A stretch of DNA of 64,000 nt. It comes from Lama glama (lineage: Eukaryota). The notes under the pieces were generated by a model. It was not told the DNA's origin. It saw only the letters and a list, made by a program, of their open reading frames with translations, and searched no databases. The DNA is taken from contig CM052832.1 of the NCBI GenBank assembly GCA_028534125.1, positions 12,834,001 through 12,898,000 on the forward strand. The letters are read 5' to 3'. Shown here in pieces: positions 1 to 12,488 of this stretch. The position numbers and the translations under genes are program-made. Position 1 is the first letter of the stretch; each line of letters begins with the position of its first letter.

Positions 1-2353
1 TCTGGGCTTGACAAGGACATGCTGTCACGCCCAACGTTACTAGCTGATAAAAGGTACCTGAGTGGTGGCCCCAGTCAAGTGTTTATTTTTCTGAGAACTC
101 CAGGTCCTGGGCCTCAAATTAGCTTCACACATGCCTCAAAAACTCCCTGAAAGCTTCGGAAGAACCAGTTTTGCTGAAACTGACAAGAGTAACTTGCCCA
201 TTCACTGCTCCAGGCATTTTCCAGGAACTATCTGTGATCGCAGGGCAATTCCTAGATTTCTGATCTGTTGGGTCAGAACCAATCATCCCGACCAGCAGGT
301 GAGAGAGGATTCAAGGCATCAGAATGCGGGCAGCCCGTCTATTTTCCAAAGCCTCTAGCTTACCTGATTCCTGTCTTTGTTTTTGTTTTTTGTCTTTTTT
401 AATACTGGCCTCAAACGAACACCTGACGTAATATTTTCTGATCACAAAAGTAAACTGAGAAAAGGAAAAAAAAAAAGTAAGTCTTTTTAGCCACACTTCT
501 AGAAACCCTCATAAAAGAGGAATTAAGTATTTCATCCAGAAAAACACAATTTTAAGAAAAGTGTCAAGGAATTGATCTGATCACTTGTATGTAGTAATTT
601 TTAAGTAGCTCAAGTGCTACAGAAACTTATTGTTGGTGGCATTTTCATGAAAATATCTGATGGCAGCAGCTGAGACAAAGACACAGGTGAGCACAGACAA
701 GGTGATCCCAGAAAATCCAAACCACTCAACAAAGAAAGGACAGTGAGGAGAGCTGGTTTCCCCCAGGAGGTGAGAGGGAAGACTTCTTCTGAGGTTCCTA
801 CAGAGCAGAGATCCACGGGGAGGCAGTTCTGCTTCATAAAAACCACGTTCCAGACTGTGTGAGAGGAGACACGCTGCTTCAAAGACACAGGGAAGCAGCT
901 GACCATGGAGCCCTTCCTGACCCTGTGCCTGTCAGTCAGGGTGGTGACTAAAAGGTAAATATTAAGTTGGACTGAAACCTGCGTCCAACTCCAGCCGTCC
1001 ACTACCCGGTGCAGAGTAGCCTGGATGTGTATGTGTCATGATACCTTGGATGAAATTAAATTTAAAAAACCAACATACCACCAAATTGTCTCTGTTTTCC
1101 TGATGTTCCTCTATTACTTTTACTTTTATTTAGCAAACATTGGTGGCTGCCGGTTAACTCAGTCTCTTAGTGGTGGCTATAGGACACCAGATTATATGAA
1201 TACAAATTATATGAGTATTCAGGTTTGAGGGCAAGGGAAGGGCCAGGTCGACCACACACTTCACCTTCTAGGACCTGCCCAAAGACCACCCACAGAGAGA
1301 GGCAGCATGCCACCATGATACTGTGTGCGTGAACAGGCTCTGGCGAGTCCAGGGCAATGTCAGGGCCCAAAGGTGCCTTGTCTAGGCTCAAACATGTTGA
1401 TTATGTTGGCTACCTCAGTTTCTCTTCTGTTACAATTTCTCACTTATTCTTGCATCAGATGAGAGAGAGCAAGTAAACACATGTGTCACTTGGCTCACTG
1501 ACGGGGAAAGAGCAAGTGTGTGCTCTTACAGTCCCAGAGATGACAGGTCACAACTTGCCCCTGGAGAACTTACCTCCTACATGACAGCAAATCTAGCACT
1601 GGACATCCCACCAAAGGCACACACTGCTCTCAACTGTTAGCTGAAAGCAGCTCAGCTCAGCATGCTGACTAGGCGTCTCCATATGCATGGCTGTTGCTGG
1701 AAAGAGCCTCAAATATTCCTCAACTGTCTATCACATGTGAGGCTGCTTCATCTGTGAAGAGGGGGCCACGAGGCATCTTGAGGAAAGGGGTAAAGACCCA
1801 AACAGGGTAAATGCTTAAAAGTTCAGCACCAGCCCCATCCCCCTCCAAACCAATAGCATTAAAATGGGAAGTGGCATATCCTCACTCCATGATATAATTT
1901 ATATAAAGTTCAGAGATAGGCAAAACTCATCGAGGTGTGAGAAGCCTGTATAACCATTACACTTGTGGGGGTGAGGGCTGGGGCTGGAGGGAACACAAGG
2001 GGGCTTCTGCAGTGCTGGAAATGTTCCACATGAGCGCTGGCTACTTAGGGGAAATTTACTGAGCTGTGCACTTATGTGTACATGTACTTTTAAAACTGCA
2101 TGTTACACTTCTATGTAAAGTTTACATTTTAAAAAAGAAAAAGGGAATGTCCTCTCAAGACAGTAATTCAAACCCACCATTACTATGGAAGCCTCTCCAG
2201 TTTTATCTCTGGCCCGCAACACCTTGCCAGACAGGGAGGAACAGGACGGCAGGGTGAATATCATTAGCAGAGTCAGATCTGAGACAGAGAGTGAAGCGTC
2301 CCAGGGAGAGAACTTCTGGCTCACTTGGCACAGTGTCAGAAGACTGTGATTCA

Positions 2354-2370
2354 CTGCCCTCCAGTGGCCA
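2354..2370 (-). promoter_or_regulatory. CTCF-like motif
   Basis: Minus strand reads TGGCCACTGGAGGGCAG, one deviation from the core consensus. Confidence 0.5.
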
Positions 2371-2429
2371 AGCTCAGCAAAGCTGTACTATTTCCTGAAT
2401 ATATTGCAAAGTTATCATGAAATTTTCAT

Positions 2430-3200
2430 TCTCTCATTCATTTAGACATGTATGGAGTGCTCATTTTGGACACCAAAATGTAGGCACTGGGAATATAAGG
2501 ATATTTGAAATACTCTCTGGCCTCAAAGAATCATACAGCCTGGCGGCAGAGGGCAGGAGGGAAACGCACAGAGTAATCAGTGTGGTAATGTCCTACAAAG
2601 GGAAAGGTACAGGGTTACAAAACGAGTACCACTGGGGTGGCAGGGACAGGGAGGATGTCTCAGGGAAGGCTTCCAGGAGGAAGGAGAGTCTTAAAGGATA
2701 CACAAGGATGAATCCAGGGGATAACGAGATGGTACAGGGCAAGGTTTTAGATTAAAAATGTCAATTTTGGATTTCTGAGTTTGAGGTGACGCAGGAAGTC
2801 GAGCACACAGGGCCTTGCACAACAAGCTAGACACTCTGGACATTTTAACCTGGAGGTGATGGGATGCTACTGAAGGGTTTTAAGCAGAGGAGCTACATGG
2901 ACAAATCTGTGGAAGATGGGTTTGAAGGGGATAAAACCAGAGATGGTAAAACACATTTGTCCACTTCAGCATTTTGCCTGAGCTAAGGCAGTCATAGGAG
3001 GAATGGAGTGGGAAACAGATTCAGGAAATTTTTAAGACATGAAATCATCAGAGCTTTGTAACTGACTGGATATAGAAGAATTATGAACAAGTCTTAGCAT
3101 TCCTTATTTAAGTGACAGGAAATGCTGCCTACTGAGAGAAAAAGGTGGCTGGGTATGGGAAGGAGAGGATTTAGTCAAACAGAGTCTGAGAAGCCTGGGG
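2430..3200 (-). mobile_element. L2 LINE fragments
   Basis: cattctctcattcatt...gcctcaaagaatcatacagcctggc...ctactgaagggttttaagcagagga. Confidence 0.7.
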
Positions 3201-3214
3201 GCAGCAAAGTCTGC

Positions 3215-3700
3215 TGTTGTCTGTAAATAACTGTTACCCCTTCCTCCTTGGCGAAAGGACCCTAAAGGGTACCGGCCACCTGGGATACAGATTTGTTTTC
3301 AGGCTCACCTGCAGGTAGGAATGGCCGTTAAGACTATGTTCAGACAAAAGACATTCAAAACCAAGTGTCATGTATTTGGGAAGTGTCCTTAAATAGAAGG
3401 AGTATGTCCTTCTTCCTTTCCTGCTCCATACTGACCGGAATGTGGATGTGATGGCTAGAGCACAAGCAGCTGTCCTGGATCATGAGAAGGAAACCACATG
3501 CTGAGAACAACAGGACACCAGAGAGAGGGGCCTGGACCCCTGATATGTTATCAGATCATGGAGCAGCATACTAGCCCTAGACCACTTACCTCCTGACTTT
3601 TTTTTTTTTTAACCTCCTGATTTTTAAAGTGAGAGAAGTAAGCTTAAGGTACTGGTATTTGGAGTTCCCTGTCAATGCAGCCAAGCTAATCCTAACTAAT
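3215..3700 (+). mobile_element. Old MaLR/ERVL solo LTR (MLT1-like)
   Basis: gatgtgatggctagagc...gcagctgtcctggatcatgag...gcagccaagctaatcctaactaat. Confidence 0.6.
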
Positions 3701-5777
3701 CATCTATGACATATCCAAGTGGAAATGTCATGCAGGGAACACGAGTAAGAGGGATAGGAAAGACTTCCCTTCTGGGAGTTCCACTGCCATCATGTGTCTA
3801 AGTAAAACCTGAAATGAAAATCCTACTGTACTGCTTCATGCAGAGAAGAGGGAGAGTTAGTTGATACTGTTTCATTTTGTAATGAAAAAAAAAAATCACT
3901 AGGCACCACTCTTCCTTTGAAAGCAGAACATGTCATGAGTCCCACTCTTCTTCATATGTATCCCTTAAATAGTTGCTGTTAAGCAACTTATTCTGGTGAT
4001 GACCATTAAATTACATTTGACCTTAATATGTTCAGAGCTAAATCAACAATGTCATCTAAGCCCAAAAGGTTTTGGAGATGAGAGCCTAGTGGTATTCCAC
4101 AGCCTCAGGGATCACAGTCCAGAGACTGTATCTTCCCAGGGGTGACCCTCCAGCCCTGTCACCACTGGACCCAGACACAGCTGGCTTATCCACAGAGGAC
4201 CCACTTCTATGCGAGGAGCTGGTTTCAGTAGATAAAGAAGCTCCTGGGGGCGGCGAGGAAAGCTATAGAAAAATTCTCTAGCAACTCAGAGGGTAGTCAC
4301 TAGATCTCCCTGTTTTCAACTATTTTACAACAGACATGACACAAAGCATGAAGCGAGCTCAGGTACTAATTTATAAAAGTGATAGAGAATAGACAGGTGA
4401 GAAGATATGAGAGAGGCCAAGCAATGTTCCGGTGGCATGTGGACCCCACAGCTCCACCAGGGCACAGCCCCACGCCACAGCTCAGCAAGACTGGTCAGTG
4501 GGCTAAGGCTGCCTGGTGATACCTGCCCAGGGTGACGAGGGCAACTGCCTGGCCTGCTCCACAGGTGAACGACACCCAGGGCCTCCTGTGGTAGGCACAG
4601 TCATATCAGGGAGGCCACAACAAAGCACCTGTCACAGCAGCTGCCTGATTAGGATATGGCACCAGCAGAGAAGGGGAGAAAAAGAGCACTGTTACTCAGA
4701 CAAGAGAACTATTCTTGAAAGCCACAATGTTGTATCTATGTTCAAGAACGGCCTTGAGACTGGAGAGCAGACTGTATGCCTATTTCTCTGAAGCTTAATT
4801 TATAGTCGTCAACCAGTGAACAGATAATGTAGTAAAACCTGAGGAAAATAAATGTAATTGCTGAAAACAGTGAGGTAGATCTGTATGTCCAAATGTGGAA
4901 GGCTGGCCAGACATGCGAATGAAAACAAGCAAGACATAGAAAAGTAAGGATAGTGTGATCCTATTTTTCTGGACACAACAAAGAAAAATAATATACGTCA
5001 GTCTATCCATACACAGGAAAAGGACTGGAAAAATACACACCAAAAGGTCAACAGTAGTTATCTCTGGTGGCGGGGGGTAGGGTGAGATAATAACACTTCT
5101 ATATTGTTTTGATTCTTTTTAACGAGCATTCACTTCTACTGTAATTTTTTTTTCACAAATTCTCATCTGTTAATTCAGTAATAATGTGCCTTAACACAGA
5201 TCATGACATTCTTTGTATATCATCAAATATGTCTTTCAGGCATAATTTTCAAAGGCTTCTGTCTCTTCCCAACACACATTTTTATCCCAACCTCCATTGC
5301 TGCCTTTTGTTTATATTCAAGAAAGCTGTGATGTAAATTCCTTTGTAATCCTGGTCACTGAAGATGGAGGCGCCTTCACTTGCTGATCTTGGAGAGTCTC
5401 CTAGAGAGGCAGGAGGCAACCGCAGCTCACCCACACAGACGCTGGTAACAGCCGTTCTGGGCACTTGTTCTTTTCATCCCAGAAGTGTGGCCAGAATTTC
5501 TTTGCCCTTCCAGAAAGTTGCAGACTATACCCCTTCCTACCAACTTCCCTCTACTCTGGGAAGTATTGTGGCTGTACACTTTCCCTCTTCTCCCTGGATT
5601 TCTCTTACATCCTCCTCTCCTGACTTCTTAGACTATTGATACTTGAGCCTCCTTGCCTCTGTAATTTTTTTTCTTAAAGCAAGGAGCAATAAGAAATGTG
5701 CTGCCTGCTTTGGAGCAGAGAATGGAAAAAAAGGGAGCCATCAGAAAGATCTAAGTTGAGATACCACCAGGTCGTAT

Positions 5778-5975
5778 AAAGAGCACAGGTACTTAGGTCA
5801 AAAGATCTGGTTTGAGTTGGGAAAGCTCATTAAATCTCTGAGCCTTTGAGTCCTCACCTGTAAAATGGGTTGATACAACTACCTTAAAGAAATATTGGGG
5901 GCTACTAAATGAAATCAGGTAAGTCAAAGTACTTTGCAAATGGTAAAGTGCTTTAAAAATCAGGGTGATATTAGT
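5778..5975 (+). mobile_element. MIR SINE
   Basis: Core ctctgagcct...cctcacctgtaaaatggg...taaatga...gtaaagtgct. Confidence 0.7.
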
Positions 5976-8290
5976 GGTTGGCATGGCAAAGCCCTAGTCT
6001 GAAAATTGGAAAAACAAGGGCTAAAGCTACAAACTTCTAAAGAAAAGAGAGATGGATGGGAACTGATGGATCAAGAGAGACTTCAGAGACATATCAACCA
6101 ATCAGAAGAATGTGTGGACCTGATTTGAACACTGATTCAAACACATTGTTAAATATACGGGAATCAAGAAAATTTGAATACTGCTGTATATTGTATTAAA
6201 GAGCTAACTTTTTAGATGTAATAATTGCACTATGGCTGCAGGTTTCTTTAATCATTATTTTCTAGAGACACATATGGAAATGTTTATGGATGAAATTATA
6301 TGGTGCTTGATACTGAGATTTGCTTACTCACAAAGATGATGGGCTGAAGAACAGACAGGTATAAATGAAAGGGGACTGGTGGGAGAAGTCAGGTGGCAGG
6401 TATATGAGGATTTAGGTATTTTTTTTTCTACTTTTACATATGTTTGAAACTTACCATAGTTAATTAATTTTGTTAAAAAAAAAAAAAAAAGAGTGAATGG
6501 GCCCCACCTTCCTAGTCCTAGGAAAAGGTACCAAAGACTCATGTGAAGTCTGTTGCAAATGTGAAACTGAGTGTGGCCTTGCCAAGGAAGGCTTCCTTGC
6601 CGAGGAGGGGCAGGGAAGCCCACAGTTTGCTGTGTCAATGCTGTGGGTCAGCAATGGTTTCACTGGTCAGTAGGTGAGGTGACGAACTAAGCACCAAGAT
6701 CTGAAATGCAGTCTCATCTATCAAAGAAAGACACACTGCCTGGTGGGGCTGATGGGGTTAAGGAAGCAATGGGATGGGTGCCTACGGTTGGTAAAGGAAA
6801 ATTTAGCACAAAATATAAAAGCTAACAGGATAACTAAATATCCAATTAGAACTGCAGTTGCTGAGGAGTATTCTTAACTGGCATAAAAACTGGTAAGATT
6901 TCATGCCAGCATTGACCTCAAGTGCAGATTAATGAGTGGATTAATACCTTCCTAGGCTCATCCTTTAATGCCATTTCAAAAGAGTAATACTGCAAGAATC
7001 AACCCCTAAGTCCCAACAGCTGCACTGCTCTCACTAAAGTTAAACACACAGAATTAAGCTGCCTCCCAAAACTGACCTATTAAATGTGAGGGGAAAATGA
7101 AAGTTCTCCAGTAGAAGCTCTATTTATATGCTTTTGGCAGCTAAACTTTACCTAGTTTTGCTTTTGCTTATGATCACTTGACAGAGTGGACAAGGGTGAC
7201 CTTCCACCCTTACTCCCAGTTCTGCCCTAGTTGTCACTTAAGGGGAATGGGGATGGCATCACTGCAGTGGCTCACTTTTTGAGTAATGAAAAAAAGGCTG
7301 CCTCATGAAAGACCAAAACACCATCCCTTGGAGTTCCACCAGAAAACCTGAATGGGAAGGATCAAGTGAGACATTTCTTATTCCCTCCCCTCCAAGGGGC
7401 TCCACCCTAGTCCCCGGCTCACTACGGTCTTATCCCTGCAATGGCTTCCCACAAAAAAGCCAACCCACCACCCTCAGAGTCTGAAGAAAAGGGTTCTAGT
7501 CCTAGCTCTGCCACTAGTAAGGAGGCAAGAAATCTCACAACCCATCTGTGAAACGAGGGGAGCAGAAGGATGGTTCTCCAAAATCCTTTCCAATGTTCTG
7601 ATTCCCACATGAGCTTCTCTTTAACTGAGAGAACAAAGCATCAGGCCATGACAGATGGGTTTTCGTGTGACTCTCTAAGCCCAAGGGATTAAGGAAACCA
7701 AAAGGAGAAATGGAGGATCCTCAACTCCTTTCAAGACTCTGCCTGATTTAGGCCTGGCCTTAGCAGGCGGCTGGGACTGTGAGAAAACCTAACCATCACC
7801 ATGACAGCTAATCACGCCATGCAGAGTGACAAGAACCCGGTGGGGTAAGAGATGAAGGAGGAGGGGGAGAAATCAAGGTCCCTGAGCTCCTCGGCCCATT
7901 CCATTACCTCCCACGTGAGCTGGATTCTAGCACCACAGCCTCTCCTACCCACGTGTCCACACCCTGCTCTGAAGAGACATCATGTGAGCTCAAGTGTGAA
8001 GTACTGACGTGTAACCTAAAATTTCAGCCTTCGTGGATGAGGCCCTGTGCTTGAGACAAGTTTAAAATAATCCTAAAACAACCTCAGATAAACCATCAAA
8101 CCATGTTTATGGCAGAACATAAATATATCAGTTTGGTCATTCTTGTGGCGAAGCAGGTCTTTTTAGGTGAGATCTGCTACCATCTCAAGAGATAAATTTC
8201 AGGCTGCTACTGCTGTTAAGACAGGTTTAGCTATGTATTCCAAAGCTACTATCTATTTTTTAGCTGACGTGTCTGCACTCTTGGGAAAAA

Positions 8291-8422
8291 NNNNNNNNNN
8301 NNNNNNNNNNNNNNNNNNNNNNNNNNNNNNNNNNNNNNNNNNNNNNNNNNNNNNNNNNNNNNNNNNNNNNNNNNNNNNNNNNNNNNNNNNNNNNNNNNNN
8401 NNNNNNNNNNNNNNNNNNNNNN
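8291..8422. other. Assembly gap (132 N) overlapping TBC1D22B exon 8
   Basis: N run. Confidence 1.
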
Positions 8423-8466
8423 GCAGGGTGTCGGATGGCCCAGATAAACAGAATTCTTTCGAAGAT
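8423..8466 (-). CDS. TBC1D22B: TBC1D22B coding exon 8, partial (IFERILFIWAIRHP...), 3' part inside the N gap
   Basis: Acceptor ctcgtcttcctAG at 8468-8467; the frame runs into the gap 8291-8422 just before the expected SGYVQG motif. Confidence 0.93.
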
Positions 8467-10511
8467 CTAGGAAGACGAGAAACACGACATGACTGTTAAT
8501 TCACAGGGATACTCGCCCTCCCTCCATTTGCCTACCTCACAATTTAACTCAGGGTTGCTGCAGAATTTGTAGGAAAAACCTAGAGATACTGCAGGACAAA
8601 AGAAGTCTATAAGAAGTCTCTAAGACGCTAGCTGTTTTTAAGCAGGGGTAGGCACTTCTTGCCCTTTATTTCTCTTTTCAGTATCTAGTCACTGTGATAT
8701 TAAACTGGGAAAAGGAAAGGAAAGTGACACAAATGGCTTAGAAAAAGATTTGCCATGTCATTAATTCAGGCCACCACGTTCATTGGTAGATTACTGTTTC
8801 TCTATTTCCAGGAGCAAGATATCAGAACATCTAAGTCCTGTTACATTTTCTAAGTCTCTGTTGGTCATTATAGGATTTAGAAAGGAAGCGCCTTGTCTAC
8901 CACCCTCTCCTTTCTCCCTGCTTAGACAGAAGCTCTAGATCTGGATTTAGTTATAACCCAGCCTGACTAGGAACGAGTGACAGACTATGACTGCAGGAAG
9001 TCACTTCACATATCAGGATGCAACCCAGATGTTTGCTGGGGATAGGAAGTTAAATAAACCCAAAGCTATGGACTCCTAGAGCTGAGAATTTGAGAATAGA
9101 GAAGTCAGCCAGGGTTTCCCTGGGAAAGCCTCTGGGATTAAGTGTATTAACGACAAGAGGCCGGTGGCCTAGACTGGGAAGAAAAGATCTTTATGGTCCC
9201 TTTACAGAGCCCGGCCCTGGCTCACTCCACTCCACTCCTCTTTGCTTTCACGAGGCCTCTTGAGCTTTCCCCCATCTTCTCTCGGCCTGATAATACTCAT
9301 TCCAGGCTTCATCCTGCTGACCACAACCCCTGGGCATTTTTAGACTGGCTGTGACTGGGCTGCCTCAGGTCTCTGAACCACACCAGAGGGCCTGTGTCTG
9401 GACATCTCTGTTAAAAGTTCCTCTAAGTCAGTCCTTCTGAAGGACTTATCAGGGCTTCTACTCCACACTATCAGCCCCTTGTAAATACACAAGTCCCTAG
9501 TGACTGGCTTTAACTATGGCCAAGTGCATGGAAGCTAGTCATTCAGAATCAGGAGCTCTGCAGTAGTGTCTCTCTAGCAAGGATGGGACGATGCAGACGC
9601 ACTCACACTGTACAAGTGAAGATGCCAAAGAGATGGAAATTGAAGAGTACCAAGCCTGGTTACCAGGGGAGACCATGGGGTCTTTAGGACAGAAGAAGTC
9701 TGGGACAATCTTGCCTTGTAGAGTGGAATGGACAGGGATAATCCCTGAAGGTTTTTCCTATACCTCTCCTACCAATGTGGGTAATTCTGACCTACCACAG
9801 TCAATCTCAATTATCTTGCAGGTTTGCAAAGCAATCTTTCAATAGTCAGTGTTACCTAGTTCTCTGCTCCTGGGTTGGCAATTTATTCTGTTTAAGGTAA
9901 CTACAGTCTGCTAGATGGAAAGGTGAGTCAAGAAAAACTGGAAAGATCATAGTTTGAATTTCTTTCTTTGCAGGTTCCACTACTAGAAGCCTTTTAAACA
10001 AACTACTTTCCCCTGTCTCCAAATTTAAGGATGTAGAGGTAAATGATAAGTATCTGAACATCTTTAACTTAAACTGAGAAATGAGCAGGGCTGAGCCGTG
10101 GGAAACTGAATGGGAGACACAAAGAGATCCCGAATGGGTTTTCAGCTTGCTTTGAGCTGACTCTTATGGGTAAAATAATGGTGTCCCCCTCAGAATCTTC
10201 TTTATGGCAGTGGTAAGTTATGAGGGATCCCAACGGTAGACACATCCATATTTAAACAGAATTATGAATGTCATCTAAAGGCAAGTAGAAATTATTTTGA
10301 GCATTTTTATCACATTCCTTGTCTGTTACAAGGATGAGTGAAAACATAATTCAAGGAGCACTCACATCCATGTCCAAGCTCCTAGGAGGCTGCAAAGGAA
10401 ATCCCTAATCCTGAGGAGTTTACACCTACTGCTTGGTCAGAAGATAACAGTCTCACTGAAACCTCTCATGTGCTTTGCTAACTTGTTAGGTCTCAAAATA
10501 TTAGTACTACT

Positions 10512-10862
10512 TTGACTTCTGGGTATATATCCAAAAGAATTTAAAACAGGAACTTAGATATTTGCACACCCACATTCACAGCAGCCTTATGCACAACACC
10601 CAAAAGGTGGAAGCAACTCATGTGTCCATGGACAGATGAATGGATCAATAATATGTCCTATACACACATAACGGAGCATCAGTCTTGANNNNNNNNNNNN
10701 NNNNNNNNNNNNNNNNNNNNNNNNNNNNNNNNNNNNNNNNNNNNNNNNNNNNNNNNNNNNNNNNNNNNNNNNNNNNNNNNNNNNNNNNNNNNNNNNNNNN
10801 NNNNNNNNNNNNNNNNNNNNNNNNNNNNNNNNNNNNNNNNNNNNNNNNGAGGAATGGAGGAG
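10512..10862 (+). mobile_element. L1 3' fragment interrupted by N gaps
   Basis: cttctgggtatatatccaaaagaa...gtgtccatggacagatgaatggat is typical of the L1 ORF2 end / 3' UTR. Confidence 0.8.
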
Positions 10863-11069
10863 NNNNNNNNNNNNNNNNNNNNNNNNNNNNNNNNNNNNNN
10901 NNNNNNNNNNNNNNNNNNNNNNNNNNNNNNNNNNNNNNNNNNNNNNNNNNNNNNNNNNNNNNNNNNNNNNNNNNNNNNNNNNNNNNNNNNNNNNNNNNNN
11001 NNNNNNNNNNNNNNNNNNNNNNNNNNNNNNNNNNNNNNNNNNNNNNNNNNNNNNNNNNNNNNNNNNNNN
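10689..11069. other. Two assembly gaps (10689-10848 and 10863-11069) in or next to an L1
   Basis: N runs separated by a 14-nt island. Confidence 1.
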
Positions 11070-11382
11070 TGATAAAGCAGAACAAACACAGTACTAGGAA
11101 ATCTAAGGTGTGGGTTCTAGTCTTCATTCTGTCACCAGGTAGACTCGCGACTCTGGGTAAGTCCCTCAACCTCTCAAGGTGCTACTCAGCCCACAGGTTT
11201 ATTATGAGAATCAAATGAGAGTGCAGGAGAAAGTGCTCTGAAAGGATCAAAGCTCCATCTGTGAACAGGAGGTATTATCACGATCAGCCATAAACTTGCC
11301 TGGGGTTAGAGGGCGGGCTAAGCGCTTAACCACACAGACAGTGTCGGGGGAGAAGGGCCAGAAGGTTAAGTACTTTCCTCAC

Positions 11383-11448
11383 CTCCTGTACAAGTGGTTG
11401 CTGGAACAATGGAATGAGAGGATTTGTCCTTGGAATGTCAATGTGAAT
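11383..11448 (-). CDS. TBC1D22B: TBC1D22B coding exon 7 (IHIDIPRTNPLIPLFQQPLVQE), IxxDxxR arginine finger
   Basis: Acceptor tctctctttcAG, donor GAG|GTGAGG, 66 nt; carries the catalytic IxxDxxR motif of TBC Rab-GAPs. Too short for the ORF track. Confidence 0.96.
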
Positions 11449-11983
11449 CTGAAAGAGAGAAGTCATATCTAAAACCACAAATGCCAATTTGTTCTTTTGA
11501 GAAGTTATTTATTTCCTTAAGAACTTGGAATCAAGAGAGTGAGAGAGAGAGCACAATTTGTCTTTAGAAAGAACTGACTGATATACAAAAATGTCTAGCT
11601 GACCCTACCCGTCCATCTGGAATACAGCTCCACAGCAGCAACGCTTGCTGAACGGAGGAAATCTCCCCAATAAACCACTTATACCAAATAACAACAGGCT
11701 TCACTGGCTTCCTCCTGCTGCTCTGGAGTCTGTCTCACTCCGGGCTGGTCCTTATCTAACACATATGATCAAAATGGGTACCCCTCTTTCAGATCCTCAT
11801 TCACCAACAGTTTCCAAGAACTAAAAGAGCTCTGACAGCTGCAAAAATGTGCCAGGACAGGGAACTAGAGGGAGTGGCCTTAGTAACTGGCACTGAAAGT
11901 TCTGGCTTCTGCCATGCAAGAGGTCACTGCGATTGGTTTTGGCCTCGGGACTTCCCAGTGTCTGACAATCCTAAGGACTTGTG

Positions 11984-11984
<1 letters not shown>

Positions 11985-12017
<33 letters not shown>
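11985..12017. repeat. (CAG)11 / (CTG)11 pure trinucleotide repeat in TBC1D22B intron 6
   Basis: Counted directly: 33 nt, uninterrupted. Confidence 0.97.
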
Positions 12018-12018
<1 letters not shown>

Positions 12019-12309
12019 GACTACGCCAGCTCTCGGGGCCTGTTGTAGACAGCTGCCTCCCCCAGGATTTTTCCCTCTGCAACCACCAGACTCCTCTTCA
12101 CTCCTCCCCCTCTCCAGAGGTGGTGGGGACCACTATGAGCAACAATGGAACACTCCCCACCAAGGCTGCTGATGGCTACAGCTCCTGCAGACAGTCTAAC
12201 ATGGGTGCTAAAGAGGCACTGCAGCTGCCAGGACACACTGATGTCCCAGTCCAGAGGGAGGGACCACTCTTGAGTGACCTCGTCTAATCTCGTGTCCCAT
12301 AACCCTTAC

Positions 12310-12488
12310 TACTCACAGTGTGGTCTGTGGACCAGCAGCATTGCCATCACCTGAGAGCTCACTGGAAGTGAAGGTCTCAACTCAAATCTACTGAATTAAA
12401 ATCTGCATTTTTATCCTAATCCCTAGGTGGGATTTTATTAAAATCCTAGGTGATTTGTATACACATTAAAGTTTGAGAGGTGCTGCCC
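12310..12488. mobile_element. MER5-type hAT-Charlie DNA transposon
   Basis: agtgtggtctgtggaccagcagcattgccatcacctgagagct...cacattaaagtttgaga. Confidence 0.78.

Noticed and set aside
1-8290. TBC1D22B exon 9 or other coding exons
   Set aside because: The expected EDVENFDVTNL...IEADSFWC sequence was not found; the region reads as intron 8 with L1, L2, MIR and LTR relics.
10645-11218. Long ORFs containing X (also at 8167-8499 and 56203-56523)
   Set aside because: They are open only because they cross N gaps.
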